Origin: an uncultured Methanoregulaceae archaeon
Lineage (GTDB): Archaea; Halobacteriota; Methanomicrobia; Methanomicrobiales; Methanospirillaceae
Length of the DNA: 64,000 bases
Reading direction: 5' to 3'
Assembly (NCBI GenBank): GCA_963705255.1
Contig: OY970061.1
Coordinates: 576,001-640,000, forward strand
The notes below the pieces were generated by a model, which was not told the origin of the DNA, ran no database searches, and saw nothing but the letters and a program-made list of their open reading frames with translations. The translations under genes were made by a program, and so were the position numbers. Shown here in pieces: positions 1 to 10,684 of the stretch (position 1 is the stretch's first letter; every line of letters begins with the position of its first letter).

Positions 1-50
1 ACAAAACCCGATATTCAGATCGCGGGAAAAAACAGAGCCGGTGAGGAGAA

Positions 51-1184
51 TTACATGACTTCGATGATCTCCTGGTTGTGGAGCTCTGCCATTTTCCTGT
101 TGACAAGAAACTGGATGGCAACGCCGGCTATCGCAGAGATGATACCTGCGATGGTGGCGTAGAGAATATTTTTTGAGGCTGCATCGGCGGACAACGGGAA
201 GTCCTGAACACCGTAGGATATGATGATATAGACGCTTGCGGCATAGAGGATGAGTCCGATGGCAGTAACAAAGAACGGAAATACGATGACCTTGCCAAGA
301 TTTTCCCGCTCGTTTACATACACATCATAAATAACGCCGACCGACGTGATAAGTCCGGCAACGATGAGCCACTCCACGGAACCGTACACGAATGTCATCA
401 GGTACAGGACAAGCCCGAGGCTTGCGTCCGATGAGTAATAGATCAGGACATTACCGAACCCGAAAGTAAGTCCGATAATGACGAGGATGACGGTAGCGGC
501 ATAGGTTACGAACGAAAAACGGCCGCGCGAGAGCGACAGCCTGAGCGCATCCATGACGCCGTGAAACAGTTCATCAAAGCCGAACCCTTTGTAGAGCAGA
601 TAGCACCCGATCACTCCTACTACGATAATGGTGGCGGCACCCGGGGCACCGAGCAGGTACGCGCTTGCATACAGGAGCATTGCGAGACCGACGGGGATAA
701 AGACCATACGGGAGATCTTGGGGTCATCGAAGAATTTTTTCAGGATGTAGTACGTCCCCTCGAGGTTGGGCATCTGGTTGACGATCACCCTGCGGATACT
801 TGATACCGGAATTTTCGACTGGATGATCGGGATGACGTACTCGTCCTCGGCACCATCGGTTACAAGGACGCAGCTGGTGGCGTGCGTCTCGGCAATCACC
901 TTTTCGAGCGACGTGGCAATCCGCCGGTCCCCTTCTATCATGTGCAGGTGATCCCCGGCAACCACCGCAATGGCCGTCTCTTCACCTTTCGCAGTGAGGT
1001 CGTCATAAATCTTGATAGCAGAAAAGATCGCATTAACGTCAGAGTCCTCGGGATCGGCCAGAGCCAGCGTATTGGCCGCTTTCAGGCATGCCGCGCGGCC
1101 GATGCACGGACTATCGACCTTTGCCTTCCATCCGATATCATCGTCGCGATCGACACTCAGGACCAACGTCCGCCCCTGCGTCAT
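51..1184 (-). CDS. DUF373 family archaeal membrane protein
   Basis: N-terminal 'LVLSVDRDDDIG...DPEDSDVNAIF' motif followed by several TM helices. Confidence 0.85.
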   Translation of the reverse strand: MTQGRTLVLSVDRDDDIGWKAKVDSPCIGRAACLKAANTLALADPEDSDVNAIFSAIKIYDDLTAKGEETAIAVVAGDHLHMIEGDRRIATSLEKVIAETHATSCVLVTDGAEDEYVIPIIQSKIPVSSIRRVIVNQMPNLEGTYYILKKFFDDPKISRMVFIPVGLAMLLYASAYLLGAPGAATIIVVGVIGCYLLYKGFGFDELFHGVMDALRLSLSRGRFSFVTYAATVILVIIGLTFGFGNVLIYYSSDASLGLVLYLMTFVYGSVEWLIVAGLITSVGVIYDVYVNERENLGKVIVFPFFVTAIGLILYAASVYIIISYGVQDFPLSADAASKNILYATIAGIISAIAGVAIQFLVNRKMAELHNQEIIEVM

Positions 1185-1250
1185 TATATCAATAAATCGC
1201 CGTAAATCTATTAAATTATTGCTGACTGCGTAAAAAAGAAAAATATACGA

Positions 1251-2111
1251 TCAGATGAGTTTTGAGCGCTGGAGGAGCAGTATATCGTCGGTGGTAAGTT
1301 TTTCTCCTGCCCGGAAATTCTTGAACAGGCTCTCCGCCTCCTTCCTGACTGCCTTCTGCTCTTTGGTGACTTTGACCTTTTTCGTCTTCTTGCGGAGCCC
1401 GGATATTACCTTGTCATAATCGCGGAGCTCTTTCTGGCAGGAAATGAAGAACTTGTGCTCTGAGTCGGCCGATTCCTGTGCCTCTACGAAACTCTTGTGG
1501 GCTGAATCCGCAGCTTCACGGGACTTGTCAGCCTTGCGGTAGGACTCGACCATGAGATCGTGGTGCTTCTGGGCGAGCTCTGCGACCTCGGTCACTTTTG
1601 CGTGGAGGTCGGACGCCTGCTTGCGTAAGTCACGGGCTTCGGAAACCTTGGTGCGCATCTCCTTGTTCTGTTCGAGCTCTGCTTCCTGTTCCCGCACCTG
1701 ACCTTTCATCTGCTTGATCTTCTCGATCAGCTCGCGTTCTTTGTCAGTAGTGAAGACTTCGGTCTGCTGCCGGTACTCCATATACTCGATCTGCTTCTGG
1801 AGTTCCTTGATCCCGCGGTTTTTCAGGGTCCCGTGTTCTTTCTTGAACGATTCGATCTCTTCAAAAAGGACGTTTGCCCTGTCGTTGAAATTGTTGCGCT
1901 GCCCTTTGATATCAAGGACGTCCTGGTTGTATTTGTCCCGGAGATCCTTGTTCTTCTGCGCCTCTTCCACAAATTCCCGGGTCTGGTTGTTGAGTGTGTT
2001 GCGCTCGCGGGCAGATTTGCTCGCTGCAGCATTCAGTTCGTTGCGGCGGTTTTTGTGTTCTTCAGACTCGGCAAGAATTTTCTTTCTTTTTTCCATAAGG
2101 TCATTCAACAT
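1251..2111 (-). CDS. Conserved archaeal coiled-coil protein (COG1340-like)
   Basis: 286 aa, K/E-rich heptad helical sequence ending 'GEKLTTDDILLLQ'. Confidence 0.8.
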   Translation of the reverse strand: MLNDLMEKRKKILAESEEHKNRRNELNAAASKSARERNTLNNQTREFVEEAQKNKDLRDKYNQDVLDIKGQRNNFNDRANVLFEEIESFKKEHGTLKNRGIKELQKQIEYMEYRQQTEVFTTDKERELIEKIKQMKGQVREQEAELEQNKEMRTKVSEARDLRKQASDLHAKVTEVAELAQKHHDLMVESYRKADKSREAADSAHKSFVEAQESADSEHKFFISCQKELRDYDKVISGLRKKTKKVKVTKEQKAVRKEAESLFKNFRAGEKLTTDDILLLQRSKLI

Positions 2112-2614
2112 GCGTTACCACTCCCCATCACATTCCCCTTTTCTGGAAGGCACGAGCTTTTTTTATGTGAGGCATAGGTGACCAAAAGAGCAAAATGTTC
2201 GGACTCTCCTGATACTCTCATTTGACAACTCTGCATGCAGGATGCAGGGCGAAAAACATCAGAAAAGCTAATCAGCGCAGAATTCAGGCAAGACTCCGGT
2301 ACGAAGTCTTTGTTCAACACTCTGTTCATGATGTTCAACTCCCGATACCGGGTGCAACCGTCCACAGGGTCACACCCCCATCCTCCCAGTGAAGGATTGG
2401 TCGAATGTACTATATTTTAAAGGAGCGGAGGATTATTAAGTGTTTCGCCGGTTATCAGGGGTAAATATTCCCGAATTGAAAATTTTTAGAAAAACGAACA
2501 AGCTGACAAAAAGGATGTTGGTCGTTGGATACACCAACAATTCCTGAATTACTGTGGGGGATGGAATGTTTCCCTTCGATTTTTAGGTTAGTATTTTTGT
2601 GCGTGGCGTGACGA

Positions 2615-3781
2615 TTAACCGACCCATTCGAGGACGCCGCCACCGCTGGGCTGGTCACGGCCGCCTCTCTTGGCTACCGGCATCTCGACTGCCTTGGGGT
2701 TTGAGCGTTTGTTCTCGATGTCTTCGATCATGGTCTTGTAGGACTGGCGGGTACCGAGGATCTGCGCGCTCTTGACACCGGTCATGATGGCAAGCACACG
2801 GATTTTTCCCTCCATGTCGCTGCGGACGCGGGCACCCCAGATGACATCTGCATGGGGGTCGAGTTCGTACGTAAGCGAGGTCGCGACTTCTTCTGCATCC
2901 TGCAGGGTAAGGTCAGTCCCGCCGGTAATATGGATCAGGCTGCCGGTTGCGCCACGGTAGTCGATGTCGAGCATCGGGTTGGAAAGGCATTCGCGGACAA
3001 CGCTCTCGGCTTTGTTCTGCTGCTTGCTCTCACCGACGAGCATGACGGCAACCCCGCCCTTGGACATGATTGCACGGACATCGGCATAGTCGATGTTGAT
3101 AAGCGAAGGCTCGGTGATCGTTTCAGAGATACCCTTGACGGTTTCACCGATGAGCTGGTCCATGACCGAGAACGCCTGGCCCAGCGGGAGGTTCGGGACG
3201 AAGTTCTTCAGCCGGTTGTTATCAAGGACGATGACTGAGTCGGCTGCCGAGGCGAGGGCCTCAAGACCTTCCTCTGCGCGGATCAGGCGTGCTTTCTCGA
3301 CCTGGAACGGGTAGCTGACCATCCCGACAACGATGGCGCCCTGTTCTTTTGCAACCTGGGCAACCACGGGTGCGGAACCGGTACCGGTACCTCCTCCCAT
3401 ACCTGCTGTGATAAAGACAAGATCTGCGGATTCAAGAATTGCCTCAAGCGTGGGGCGTGCCATCTCGGCTGCACGTTTACCGACGTCCGGGTACCCGCCG
3501 GCACCGAGACCTTTGGTCAGGGATTTGCCGATAAGTACACGTTTGTCGGCCTGGATCATGTCCAGGTGCTGCTTGTCCGTGTTGATCGCGATTGTCTCTG
3601 CACCGGAAACGCCCATGTGGTGGATGCGGTTTACCGTGTTGTTTCCCGCACCCCCGCACCCGATGATGACAATTCTCGGTTGTCCGACAAAGTCATCTTC
3701 CATTGCGTTCGTACTGCCGGGCTTGTTCAACTCTTTTTCAAGTTCGGCATTTTTTAAAGCGTCGTTGATAATGCTCTGCAT
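2615..3781 (-). CDS. ftsZ: Cell division protein FtsZ (FtsZ2 type)
   Basis: GCGGAGNN, GGGTGTG tubulin signature and INIDYADV T7 loop; lies directly downstream of an RHH gene. Confidence 0.97.
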   Translation of the reverse strand: MQSIINDALKNAELEKELNKPGSTNAMEDDFVGQPRIVIIGCGGAGNNTVNRIHHMGVSGAETIAINTDKQHLDMIQADKRVLIGKSLTKGLGAGGYPDVGKRAAEMARPTLEAILESADLVFITAGMGGGTGTGSAPVVAQVAKEQGAIVVGMVSYPFQVEKARLIRAEEGLEALASAADSVIVLDNNRLKNFVPNLPLGQAFSVMDQLIGETVKGISETITEPSLINIDYADVRAIMSKGGVAVMLVGESKQQNKAESVVRECLSNPMLDIDYRGATGSLIHITGGTDLTLQDAEEVATSLTYELDPHADVIWGARVRSDMEGKIRVLAIMTGVKSAQILGTRQSYKTMIEDIENKRSNPKAVEMPVAKRGGRDQPSGGGVLEWVG

Positions 3782-3791
3782 GTTTACCCTC

Positions 3792-3971
3792 TCAAACCTT
3801 GAATGAAACCTGGTCGCTTTCCTTCAGGACACGGCTGGCGCGTTTTTCAACAAGTTCACGTACCGCTGCTCTCACCGCTTCCGAAACATTGGGATACTCG
3901 CCTGAGTCCACCATCTGCTGGAGCAGGTTGATCTGCTGTTCGGGCAAGCGTAGCGTGATTCTTTGCATCAT
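3792..3971 (-). CDS. cdrS: Ribbon-helix-helix transcription factor CdrS (59 aa, absent from the ORF track)
   Basis: Manual translation [59 protein letters not shown]; RHH pattern; the cdrS-ftsZ2 gene order is known in Euryarchaeota. Confidence 0.9.
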   Translation of the reverse strand: MMQRITLRLPEQQINLLQQMVDSGEYPNVSEAVRAAVRELVEKRASRVLKESDQVSFKV

Positions 3972-3984
3972 CGTATCTCACATT

Positions 3985-4045
3985 TCTGACATATGTCTGG
4001 CTTTTGTCGTTCATATGTCAGACAAAGAGAATCCTTGTGTCTGAC
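3985..4045. promoter_or_regulatory. Palindromic operator-like sites upstream of cdrS
   Basis: Perfect 11-bp inverted repeat TCTGACATATG (3985-3995) / CATATGTCAGA (4012-4022); GTCWGAC palindromes at 4017-4023 and 4039-4045. Confidence 0.55.
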
Positions 4046-4167
4046 TTAACCAGATGAATCAAAGTAGCACATTACTCTATATAAATCTTTTTCTTTGCTT
4101 GCAGATCAGGGTTCACAATGCATTTAAGACTGGTAATCCAAATATTCTGGAAAAAGAGCGATATATC

Positions 4168-5175
4168 ATGGCTGTTGACTTTCCAGTAAAGGCAATACAT
4201 GGGGGGACCGGAAAGCGGCAGCGTGAAAAAACCCGGAAAAACGTGCTGGATTTCAGCGCGAGCACAAATCCGTTCCCGCCAAACGTCAACTGGGAGCCGG
4301 ATCTCCATCTGCTTGAGTATTACCCGGACGATTATTATGCCGAGCTCAAAGAACGGATCGGCACCATTTTTCATCGGGATATAGAGGAAATCTGTGTCGG
4401 CAACGGCTCGATTGAACTGATCCGGGTATTTTGCTCCGTAGTTTTCAGAAACAGGATCGGCAGGAACCGGTTTTACCTTCAGTCTCCGACATTTGGCGAA
4501 TATGAATTATCCGCACGTCTTTCGGGTGCAACTCCCGCTGTCATACCTTCTGATGCCGGAGTGTATTTTTTATGCAATCCCAACAATCCTACCGGATTAT
4601 TGATGAAGAAGGAAAAAACACAGGCCCTGCTGGATGAAGTGAAACGTCACAAAGGCATGCTTTTCTGCGATGAGGCATTTATCGAACTTTCCGATCCCGG
4701 CCAGAGTGTGGCGGACATCTCTGACCCCGCCCTCTTTGTTCTGCGTTCGCTTACCAAGAGTTTCGCAGTACCGGGTATCCGGTTCGGTTACGGTTTTGGG
4801 GAACCGGCACTCATCGAAAAAATCGAAACGGCGCGGTCTCCCTGGAGCGTGAATGCTTTTGCGGAGTCATATGCCCTGGAAGCACTCGGGCACATGGACG
4901 AACTGGAAGGATCACGGTCAGCGATCGAACGGGAACGTCACTGGCTCAGTTCAGCAGTCACAGCACTTGGCCTCCGCAGCCATCCTTCTTCTGCCAATTA
5001 CATCCTTGTTGAATGCGGGCAGGATGCATCATCCCTGTGCAATGAACTTATCCGGAAGGATATCCTTGTCCGGGACTGCACATCGTTCGGGTTGCCAACA
5101 TCCATCCGGATCGCCGTCCGCACCCACGAAGAGAATATCCAACTTATCGAGGCGCTTGCAGCATGCGTGCGCTGA
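4168..5175 (+). CDS. cobD: PLP-dependent threonine-phosphate decarboxylase (CobD / HisC family)
   Basis: HGG, DFSASTNP, CNPNNPTG, DEAF, RSLTKSF...GIRFGY motifs; adjacent to cobY. Confidence 0.8.
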   Translation: MAVDFPVKAIHGGTGKRQREKTRKNVLDFSASTNPFPPNVNWEPDLHLLEYYPDDYYAELKERIGTIFHRDIEEICVGNGSIELIRVFCSVVFRNRIGRNRFYLQSPTFGEYELSARLSGATPAVIPSDAGVYFLCNPNNPTGLLMKKEKTQALLDEVKRHKGMLFCDEAFIELSDPGQSVADISDPALFVLRSLTKSFAVPGIRFGYGFGEPALIEKIETARSPWSVNAFAESYALEALGHMDELEGSRSAIERERHWLSSAVTALGLRSHPSSANYILVECGQDASSLCNELIRKDILVRDCTSFGLPTSIRIAVRTHEENIQLIEALAACVR

Positions 5176-5763
5176 TCATGGCCGGGGGCGGGGAGCCGGC
5201 TCAACCTCGGGGAAAAACCGCTTATTACCCTGTGCGGCCGGCCAATGATTGAATACATCACTGATGCGTTCACGGCTGCCGGTTTTGAACCGGTTGTTGC
5301 TGCATCCATGAAAACACCCATGACCGTGAACTGGTGCAGGGCAAGGGGCATTGCAATTTGTAAAGCTGAAGGCAAAGGATATGTGGAGGATATGGTGGAA
5401 TCTGTGCTTGGCCTGGAGGAACAGGGACCACTTTTTATCTGTGTTTCGGATATCCCCTGTATAACTCCGGATATCATCCGGTTCATCTTCGCGTCCTATC
5501 AGTCAACCGGTAAAGACGCCTTGTCAACCTGGATCCCTGCAAAACTGGTAAAATCCTGCCGTGGGGGGATGCCGTACCGGGAGACTGTCGATGGCATTGA
5601 CGCCTGCCCGGCGGGAGTTAATGTCCTTCGCGGGGACCGGATCGGCGAAGTTCAGGAAGAGTGCTCTCTCCTCATTGACGAACTCCGACTTGCGGTCAAT
5701 GTCAATACTCGGGCAGATCTTGCACAGGCCGAAAAGATTTTAAAAATACATTCTTCGTTCTGA
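5163..5763 (+). CDS. cobY: Adenosylcobinamide-phosphate guanylyltransferase (NTP transferase); frameshift in the G-run at ~5184-5193
   Basis: MRALIMAGG from 5163 continues as GSRLNLGEKPLITLCGRPMI in another frame; C-terminal NVNT..DL. Confidence 0.8.
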
Positions 5764-5889
5764 TGGGGGCACATGGACTGGAAATATGCTGCCAATATCT
5801 TCCAATTCATGGCATTCAGCAAAAAATACGCATAATCCTGCCTTTTTCAGGAAATGCATATTAAGGGGCATCGCCTAAGATCTTGTACT

Positions 5890-7123
5890 ATGGCGGAGTC
5901 GCAGGAGATCGAGCTGCAGGGTCATATCATTGATTCCGGTATCATGACCCAGCTCTTTGACCGGGTCATGGACATGGGAGGAAATTTCGAGATCCTCGTG
6001 TTCGAAGTGGGTAAGAAAAAGACCGACCCGAGTTATGCCCGCCTGCGCATTGCTGCATCGAACAAGGAGAAATTGCGCGCAATCCTTTCCGAGCTCCACC
6101 GGCTCGGTGCCCGTCCGCTCGAAGTGAAAGATGTTCACCTTGTCCCGGCAGAAGCGGATCGCGTTGTGCCAAAAGGGTTTTACACGACCACCAACCACCC
6201 GACCCAGGTGAAGTGCGGCGGTGAATGGGTTGCGGTCGAAGCGATCGAGATGGATTTCCTTATTGTGGTTGATCCCGTAAAAAAGCGTGCAGTGTCCAAA
6301 CCTCTCGGGAAGATCCGGAAGGGTGACCTGGTCGTCGTGGGGGAACAGGGTGTGAGCGTGAGTTACCCCGAACGGCCCCGCGAGCAGAGCGCGTTCGAGT
6401 TCATGCACGGGACTGTTTCGCCGGAACGCCCGAGTGAGACCCTCATCGCAAAGATCGCACGCGAGATCCTCGAAGTGCGGAGAAACGGTGGGAAAATAGC
6501 CCTTGTGGGGGGTCCTGCAATCATCCATACCGGGGCAGACAGGGCCCTTGCCGAGATTATCCGCAAGGGTTACATTGACGTACTCTTTGCCGGCAACGCC
6601 CTTCCGACCCATGACATCGAGTACAACCTTTACGGTACTTCCCTTGGCATGGATATCTCGACGGGCAAACCGGTGATGGGGGGCCATAAGCACCACCTCT
6701 ACGCGATAAGCGAGATCATGCGTGCCGGATCGATCAGGATTGCGGTGGAAAAGGGTGTGATCAAAAGCGGGATCATGTATGAGTGCGTCAGGAACAATGT
6801 ACCGTTTGTCCTCGCCGGCTCCATCCGTGACGATGGGCCGCTGCCGGATGTTATTTCGGATGTGATGATTGCGCAGGACGCCATGCGGGAGCATATCCGG
6901 GGCTGCAGCATGGTACTGATGATCGCGACGCTCCTGCACTCTATAGCCGTAGGTAACTGCCTGCCTTCAAATGTGAAGACCGTCTGTGTGGATATCAACC
7001 CCGCGCACCTGACCAAGCTGATGGACCGGGTACCACCCAGGCGATCGGCATCGTCTCGGATGCGGGCACATTCCTCCCCCTGCTCGCCCGGCAGCTCGAC
7101 TCCAGAGCGGCGGGAAGAAGTGA
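5890..7123 (+). CDS. TIGR00300 / LOR-SDH-domain protein (ornithine cyclodeaminase-like); frameshift near 7030, end approximate
   Basis: EIELQGHIIDS, FEFM, AGSIRDDGPLPDVI, CVDINP; the -1 frame restores MDRGTTQAIGIVSD. Confidence 0.8.
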
Positions 7124-7202
7124 GAAATTTCATTTTTTTATTTTGTTCCGTGTACGTGAACGTACAGGGGTAGTCAAAGAATAAAAAATGAAAACGATGA
7201 AT

Positions 7203-7254
7203 TACGAGTGCTCCCCGCCTCAGGGCCCTCAACGGGCACGGCGGGGCAGGGAGG
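7203..7254 (+). repeat. REP-like GC-rich imperfect palindrome (family A, copy 1)
   Basis: TACGAG..CTCCCCGCCTCAGGGCC-loop-GGCACGGCGGGGCA; near-identical copy at 20776-20827 and a split copy at 46614-46796. Confidence 0.8.
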
Positions 7255-7470
7255 TTTTTCAGTCACAAATCTGTAATGAGGAGCCGGTCGTCGCACCAGT
7301 GAGGGACGATTAATTCCCCGCCGTTCGGGCATCCCCTCATGGCGATATTCTCTCATAAGGTATACGGGACACCATCGGAAAATTCCCTAGCGGGTAATAC
7401 CGAGGAATCGCTCAGCGCAGGGGTGGGTCAAGGGAGGGGACAGGCACTGTCCCCTCCCTGATTGCTTACT

Positions 7471-8457
7471 CTACCGTGTCAGAGGCATGCAGTATGGTCT
7501 CTCTTCTGCCAGCACGTATTCCCACTCTTTCCTGCATCCGCAATCGATGTCCAGTAACGCCCCGATTAAATCGCGGTCCGCATTCAGTGAATAGTCGCGT
7601 ACTCCTTTGACAATATCGTAATCACATCTTCCGCAGTTGTGCGGTCCGCGTTTCTGGCCACCCCCCAGCGGATCGCAGGTGATATGGACCGGTGCATCCT
7701 TGAGGATCTTCAGAACGCTCCAGAGATACGGCGGGCGGTAAGCACCTCTCTTCCAGTAAAATTCCAGTTCGGTGTTACGCTGGACGGTACACGGATTCAT
7801 CGAGATCAGGTCCGCATGGCCGGAAACATCCTGGATCGAGGTTTGCATATCTGCCATCGCCTCACCTTCCGTCAGGAAGAGCGGTTTGAACAGCAGGTAT
7901 GCTTTCACGCCGGCTCCCGCTGCATGGGCACGGTGGGCAGCGTCCGCGAAATCTGCAAAACGGAAACCCTTGTTGATGCTTTTTTCCCGGATGAGGTCAT
8001 TGCTGGTCTCAAGGCCCATGGCACAGTACAGCGGGATTTCCCAGCTCCCGTCATCGATGCCCCCGATGAATTGTTCAAGTGTTTGCCGGGTGACATACTC
8101 CGGGCGTGTCTCCGCGATAACCAGTTTTCCCCGGAATGCAGCGGCAATGTCCGTAAGAAATGCAGGCGGAACTTCATCCGGATCAAAAAAACTTCCCGAG
8201 GTGAAAATTTTTACCATGCGGTAATCTTCGGATTTGTACTGGTCAATAATCCAGGCAAGTTGTCCCCGGAGTCGATCAAGTAGTGTATCGCACGACAGGC
8301 CGCTGTACCTTTCGTGCCGGTAGCTGCACATCCGGCAGGCAGACCATGCACAACCGCCGCTCTTGAATATCACGGTGAGGCAGTCAAGCAGATCGTTTTC
8401 GTATCGCTCCTGTCCCCGCCACGATGCGAGCGGTTTTTCCCCTGTGTAAGAAATCAT
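7471..8457 (-). CDS. Archaeosine biosynthesis radical SAM protein RaSEA (TIGR01210-like)
   Basis: GGCAWSACRMC cluster motif, KIFTSGSFFD, AETRPE, GLET, YRPPYLWS, GPHNCG. Confidence 0.85.
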   Translation of the reverse strand: MISYTGEKPLASWRGQERYENDLLDCLTVIFKSGGCAWSACRMCSYRHERYSGLSCDTLLDRLRGQLAWIIDQYKSEDYRMVKIFTSGSFFDPDEVPPAFLTDIAAAFRGKLVIAETRPEYVTRQTLEQFIGGIDDGSWEIPLYCAMGLETSNDLIREKSINKGFRFADFADAAHRAHAAGAGVKAYLLFKPLFLTEGEAMADMQTSIQDVSGHADLISMNPCTVQRNTELEFYWKRGAYRPPYLWSVLKILKDAPVHITCDPLGGGQKRGPHNCGRCDYDIVKGVRDYSLNADRDLIGALLDIDCGCRKEWEYVLAEERPYCMPLTR

Positions 8458-8485
8458 TAACATCCTATTAGTTGATCTGATATAG

Positions 8486-9286
8486 ATGAAAAAGATCGTC
8501 CTGCTGGTGATGGGACTTCTCTTTCTGTCCGGGTATGCAGCAGCCTACGAAGTGAATATCGATACACCGGTTACGCTTACCCTCGGTGAACCTCTCGTTG
8601 TCACGGGGACAACCACTTTTGGTATAGGAACGCCGTTCGATGTCGTGCTCTATTATCAGCTGAACACCGCGACAGAGGTCAAACGAAAGGCCGTGTATGT
8701 CCAGTCCGACAAGACCTTCACAGCGGTTTTCGATACAACCGACCTTAAGGCAGGAACCTACAAAGTTGAAGTTCCGGCGAACGGACTGGGAGACTCGGTA
8801 ACCATGCGCCAGATCCAGCTGGTTGACCGTTCTGATGATCTTGACCTTGCCTCTCCGGCAACCCAGAACTTTACAGGAAACCTGTATGTAGCGGGAACGA
8901 TCAGGGGCGAAATAAATTCCGGAGTCCAGATCGTGGTCACCGGCCCGGACAACCAGGTACTCTATGGCCCTCAGTATGTGAATACGAATAATAAAGGCGA
9001 TTTTTCCACCGACGTTCCCATACCGGAACCTGGAGAATACGATGTGAGTTTTACGGATTCTAGGGGCTTTATCAGTACCCGTACCCTCTCGGTAATCGCC
9101 CAACAGTCCCAAACCGGAACGTCCGTGGAGACAGCATCACCGAATTCCTTGGGAGCTTCTGTACAGGCCGGGACTGTCAGCCGGACGACTCCTGTTGAAA
9201 CCCAGAAATCATCGGAAGTTGCAGTTTTTAGTGCAATGGGAGCGGGTGCTGCGACGTTCTTATTCTGTGCCCGCCGGAAAAAATAG
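8486..9286 (+). CDS. Secreted cell-surface protein with Ig-like repeats, Thr-rich linker and C-terminal TM anchor
   Basis: Signal peptide MKKIVLLVMGLLFLSGYAAA; C-terminal hydrophobic helix plus RRKK. Confidence 0.75.
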   Translation: MKKIVLLVMGLLFLSGYAAAYEVNIDTPVTLTLGEPLVVTGTTTFGIGTPFDVVLYYQLNTATEVKRKAVYVQSDKTFTAVFDTTDLKAGTYKVEVPANGLGDSVTMRQIQLVDRSDDLDLASPATQNFTGNLYVAGTIRGEINSGVQIVVTGPDNQVLYGPQYVNTNNKGDFSTDVPIPEPGEYDVSFTDSRGFISTRTLSVIAQQSQTGTSVETASPNSLGASVQAGTVSRTTPVETQKSSEVAVFSAMGAGAATFLFCARRKK

Positions 9287-9561
9287 TTCCTGTCCAGACC
9301 TTGAAACTTTCACATTCCCCTGTACCTGCTCTGAACCTTCCCCTCCCTCAACCGGTGCGGGCCTCCTCCTTTTCATACCCGCCGTCTCATGGCCAGCCTT
9401 ATATCGGAAAGAATACATCGGAAGTGCCAGGGAACCCCTTTCTCTCCGGAGGCGTCACCGGAGGAGATGCAAAGTTCACGTACAGGTACAACAATAGTTT
9501 CCCGATCGCCAGGAAATGATTTTATGGGCTCTGTAGAAATCATTGAGAGTAGCTTGACGCT

Positions 9562-9726
9562 CCAGGGGCTTCGCCCCGCCGCTGGGGCGCCCCAGTTGCG
9601 ATAGTGCCGTATTACCTGTTTATAAAAAATGCAAAGAAATTTTGAACAGGTAATACCGAGGCATCACGTGCGCCCCCGCCCCCAACGGGGGCAGGGATGG
9701 CGCAAGGGGGGCGATCCTATCTCACG
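9562..9726. repeat. GC-rich intergenic palindromic (REP-like) elements
   Basis: GGGGCTTCGCCCC, CTGGGGCGCCCCAG and GCCCCCAACGGGGGC hairpins; similar GGGGCGCCCC core at 20858-20869. Confidence 0.5.
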
Positions 9727-9876
9727 AAATAGGTTTTCTACAGAGGAATTTTATGCATTCTTGAAATTGTTCCGCTGGATAAAATGCGATCAGATGGGGT
9801 GCTTAACCTTTATCTATTTTCGAATCGTGTTTATTAAGATAAGATAGGGGTGGTCAGTACATCTTTATCTCAAAGA

Positions 9877-9961
9877 GCCGGGGTAGTCTAGTCCGGGAAG
9901 GCGGTAGCCTTGAAAGCTACTGGTGCCCTGCACCTCAAGAGTTCAAATCTCTTCCCCGGCG
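9877..9961 (+). tRNA. tRNA-Ser (anticodon TGA)
   Basis: GCCGGGG/CCCCGGC acceptor stem, GTAGC-CTTGAAA-GCTAC anticodon arm, long variable arm, GTTCAAATC T-loop. Confidence 0.95.
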
Positions 9962-10121
9962 TCAGAAGCACAACCGGAAATTCTTTTCACGGAACGTACT
10001 AAAAACAGATTTGGCTGCCGTGAATACATTGCCGGGTCTTTGCCGCCGATCCGTTCCCTATCATCGTTTTTATGTGATTGAAACTCACACATTAATGACA
10101 GGCAGAAGAGAGGATCTTTTT

Positions 10122-10346
10122 ATGTGTGTTGCAGTTCCCGCGGAAGTAATCGAAATAAGAGAGGGAAATATCGGCCTTGTGGACTATGGCGATCTCCGGC
10201 AGGAAGTAAGGCTCGAACTCGTTGATGTGAAAGTCGGTGAGTTTGTGCTCGTCCACGTCGGGTTTGCGATCCAGCGGCTCTCCCGCGAAGAGGGACTTGA
10301 GACCCGTGAGCTGTTCAAACAGGTCTACGCCGCAATGGAGAGTTGA
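10122..10346 (+). CDS. hypC: Hydrogenase maturation chaperone HypC
   Basis: MCVAVP N-terminus and VLVHVGFAI. Confidence 0.95.
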   Translation: MCVAVPAEVIEIREGNIGLVDYGDLRQEVRLELVDVKVGEFVLVHVGFAIQRLSREEGLETRELFKQVYAAMES

Positions 10347-10684
10347 TGCACGAGTACTCCATTGCGTATGACCTTTATGCAACTGCACGGTCTGCCGCAT
10401 ACGAGCATCACGCGGTAAAAATAAAAAAAATCAGTGTGGAAGTCGGCAGGATGGCGATGGTGAACCCGGAACAGGTCGTGTACCTTTTTGACATCATCAA
10501 GGAAGATGATCCTCTCTTTCAAAATGCTGTCCTCGAATGCCATGAGACATCCCCGGAGACCAGATGCGCGTGCGGGTATACCGGGGACGAGATTTACCTG
10601 TGCCCGAAATGCGGGGCTCTTCCGGAACTGGTGAAGGGCAGGGAGATCGTAGTCACCAATGTGGAGATTGAGGTGGAAGATTAG
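10346..10684 (+). CDS. hypA: Hydrogenase nickel metallochaperone HypA
   Basis: MHEYSIA; CxC and CPKCG zinc ligands; GRE. Confidence 0.93.
   Translation: MHEYSIAYDLYATARSAAYEHHAVKIKKISVEVGRMAMVNPEQVVYLFDIIKEDDPLFQNAVLECHETSPETRCACGYTGDEIYLCPKCGALPELVKGREIVVTNVEIEVED

Noticed and set aside
5163-7123. Programmed frameshifting in cobY or the TIGR00300 gene
   Set aside because: No consistent slippery site or stimulator; similar indels are scattered through the window.
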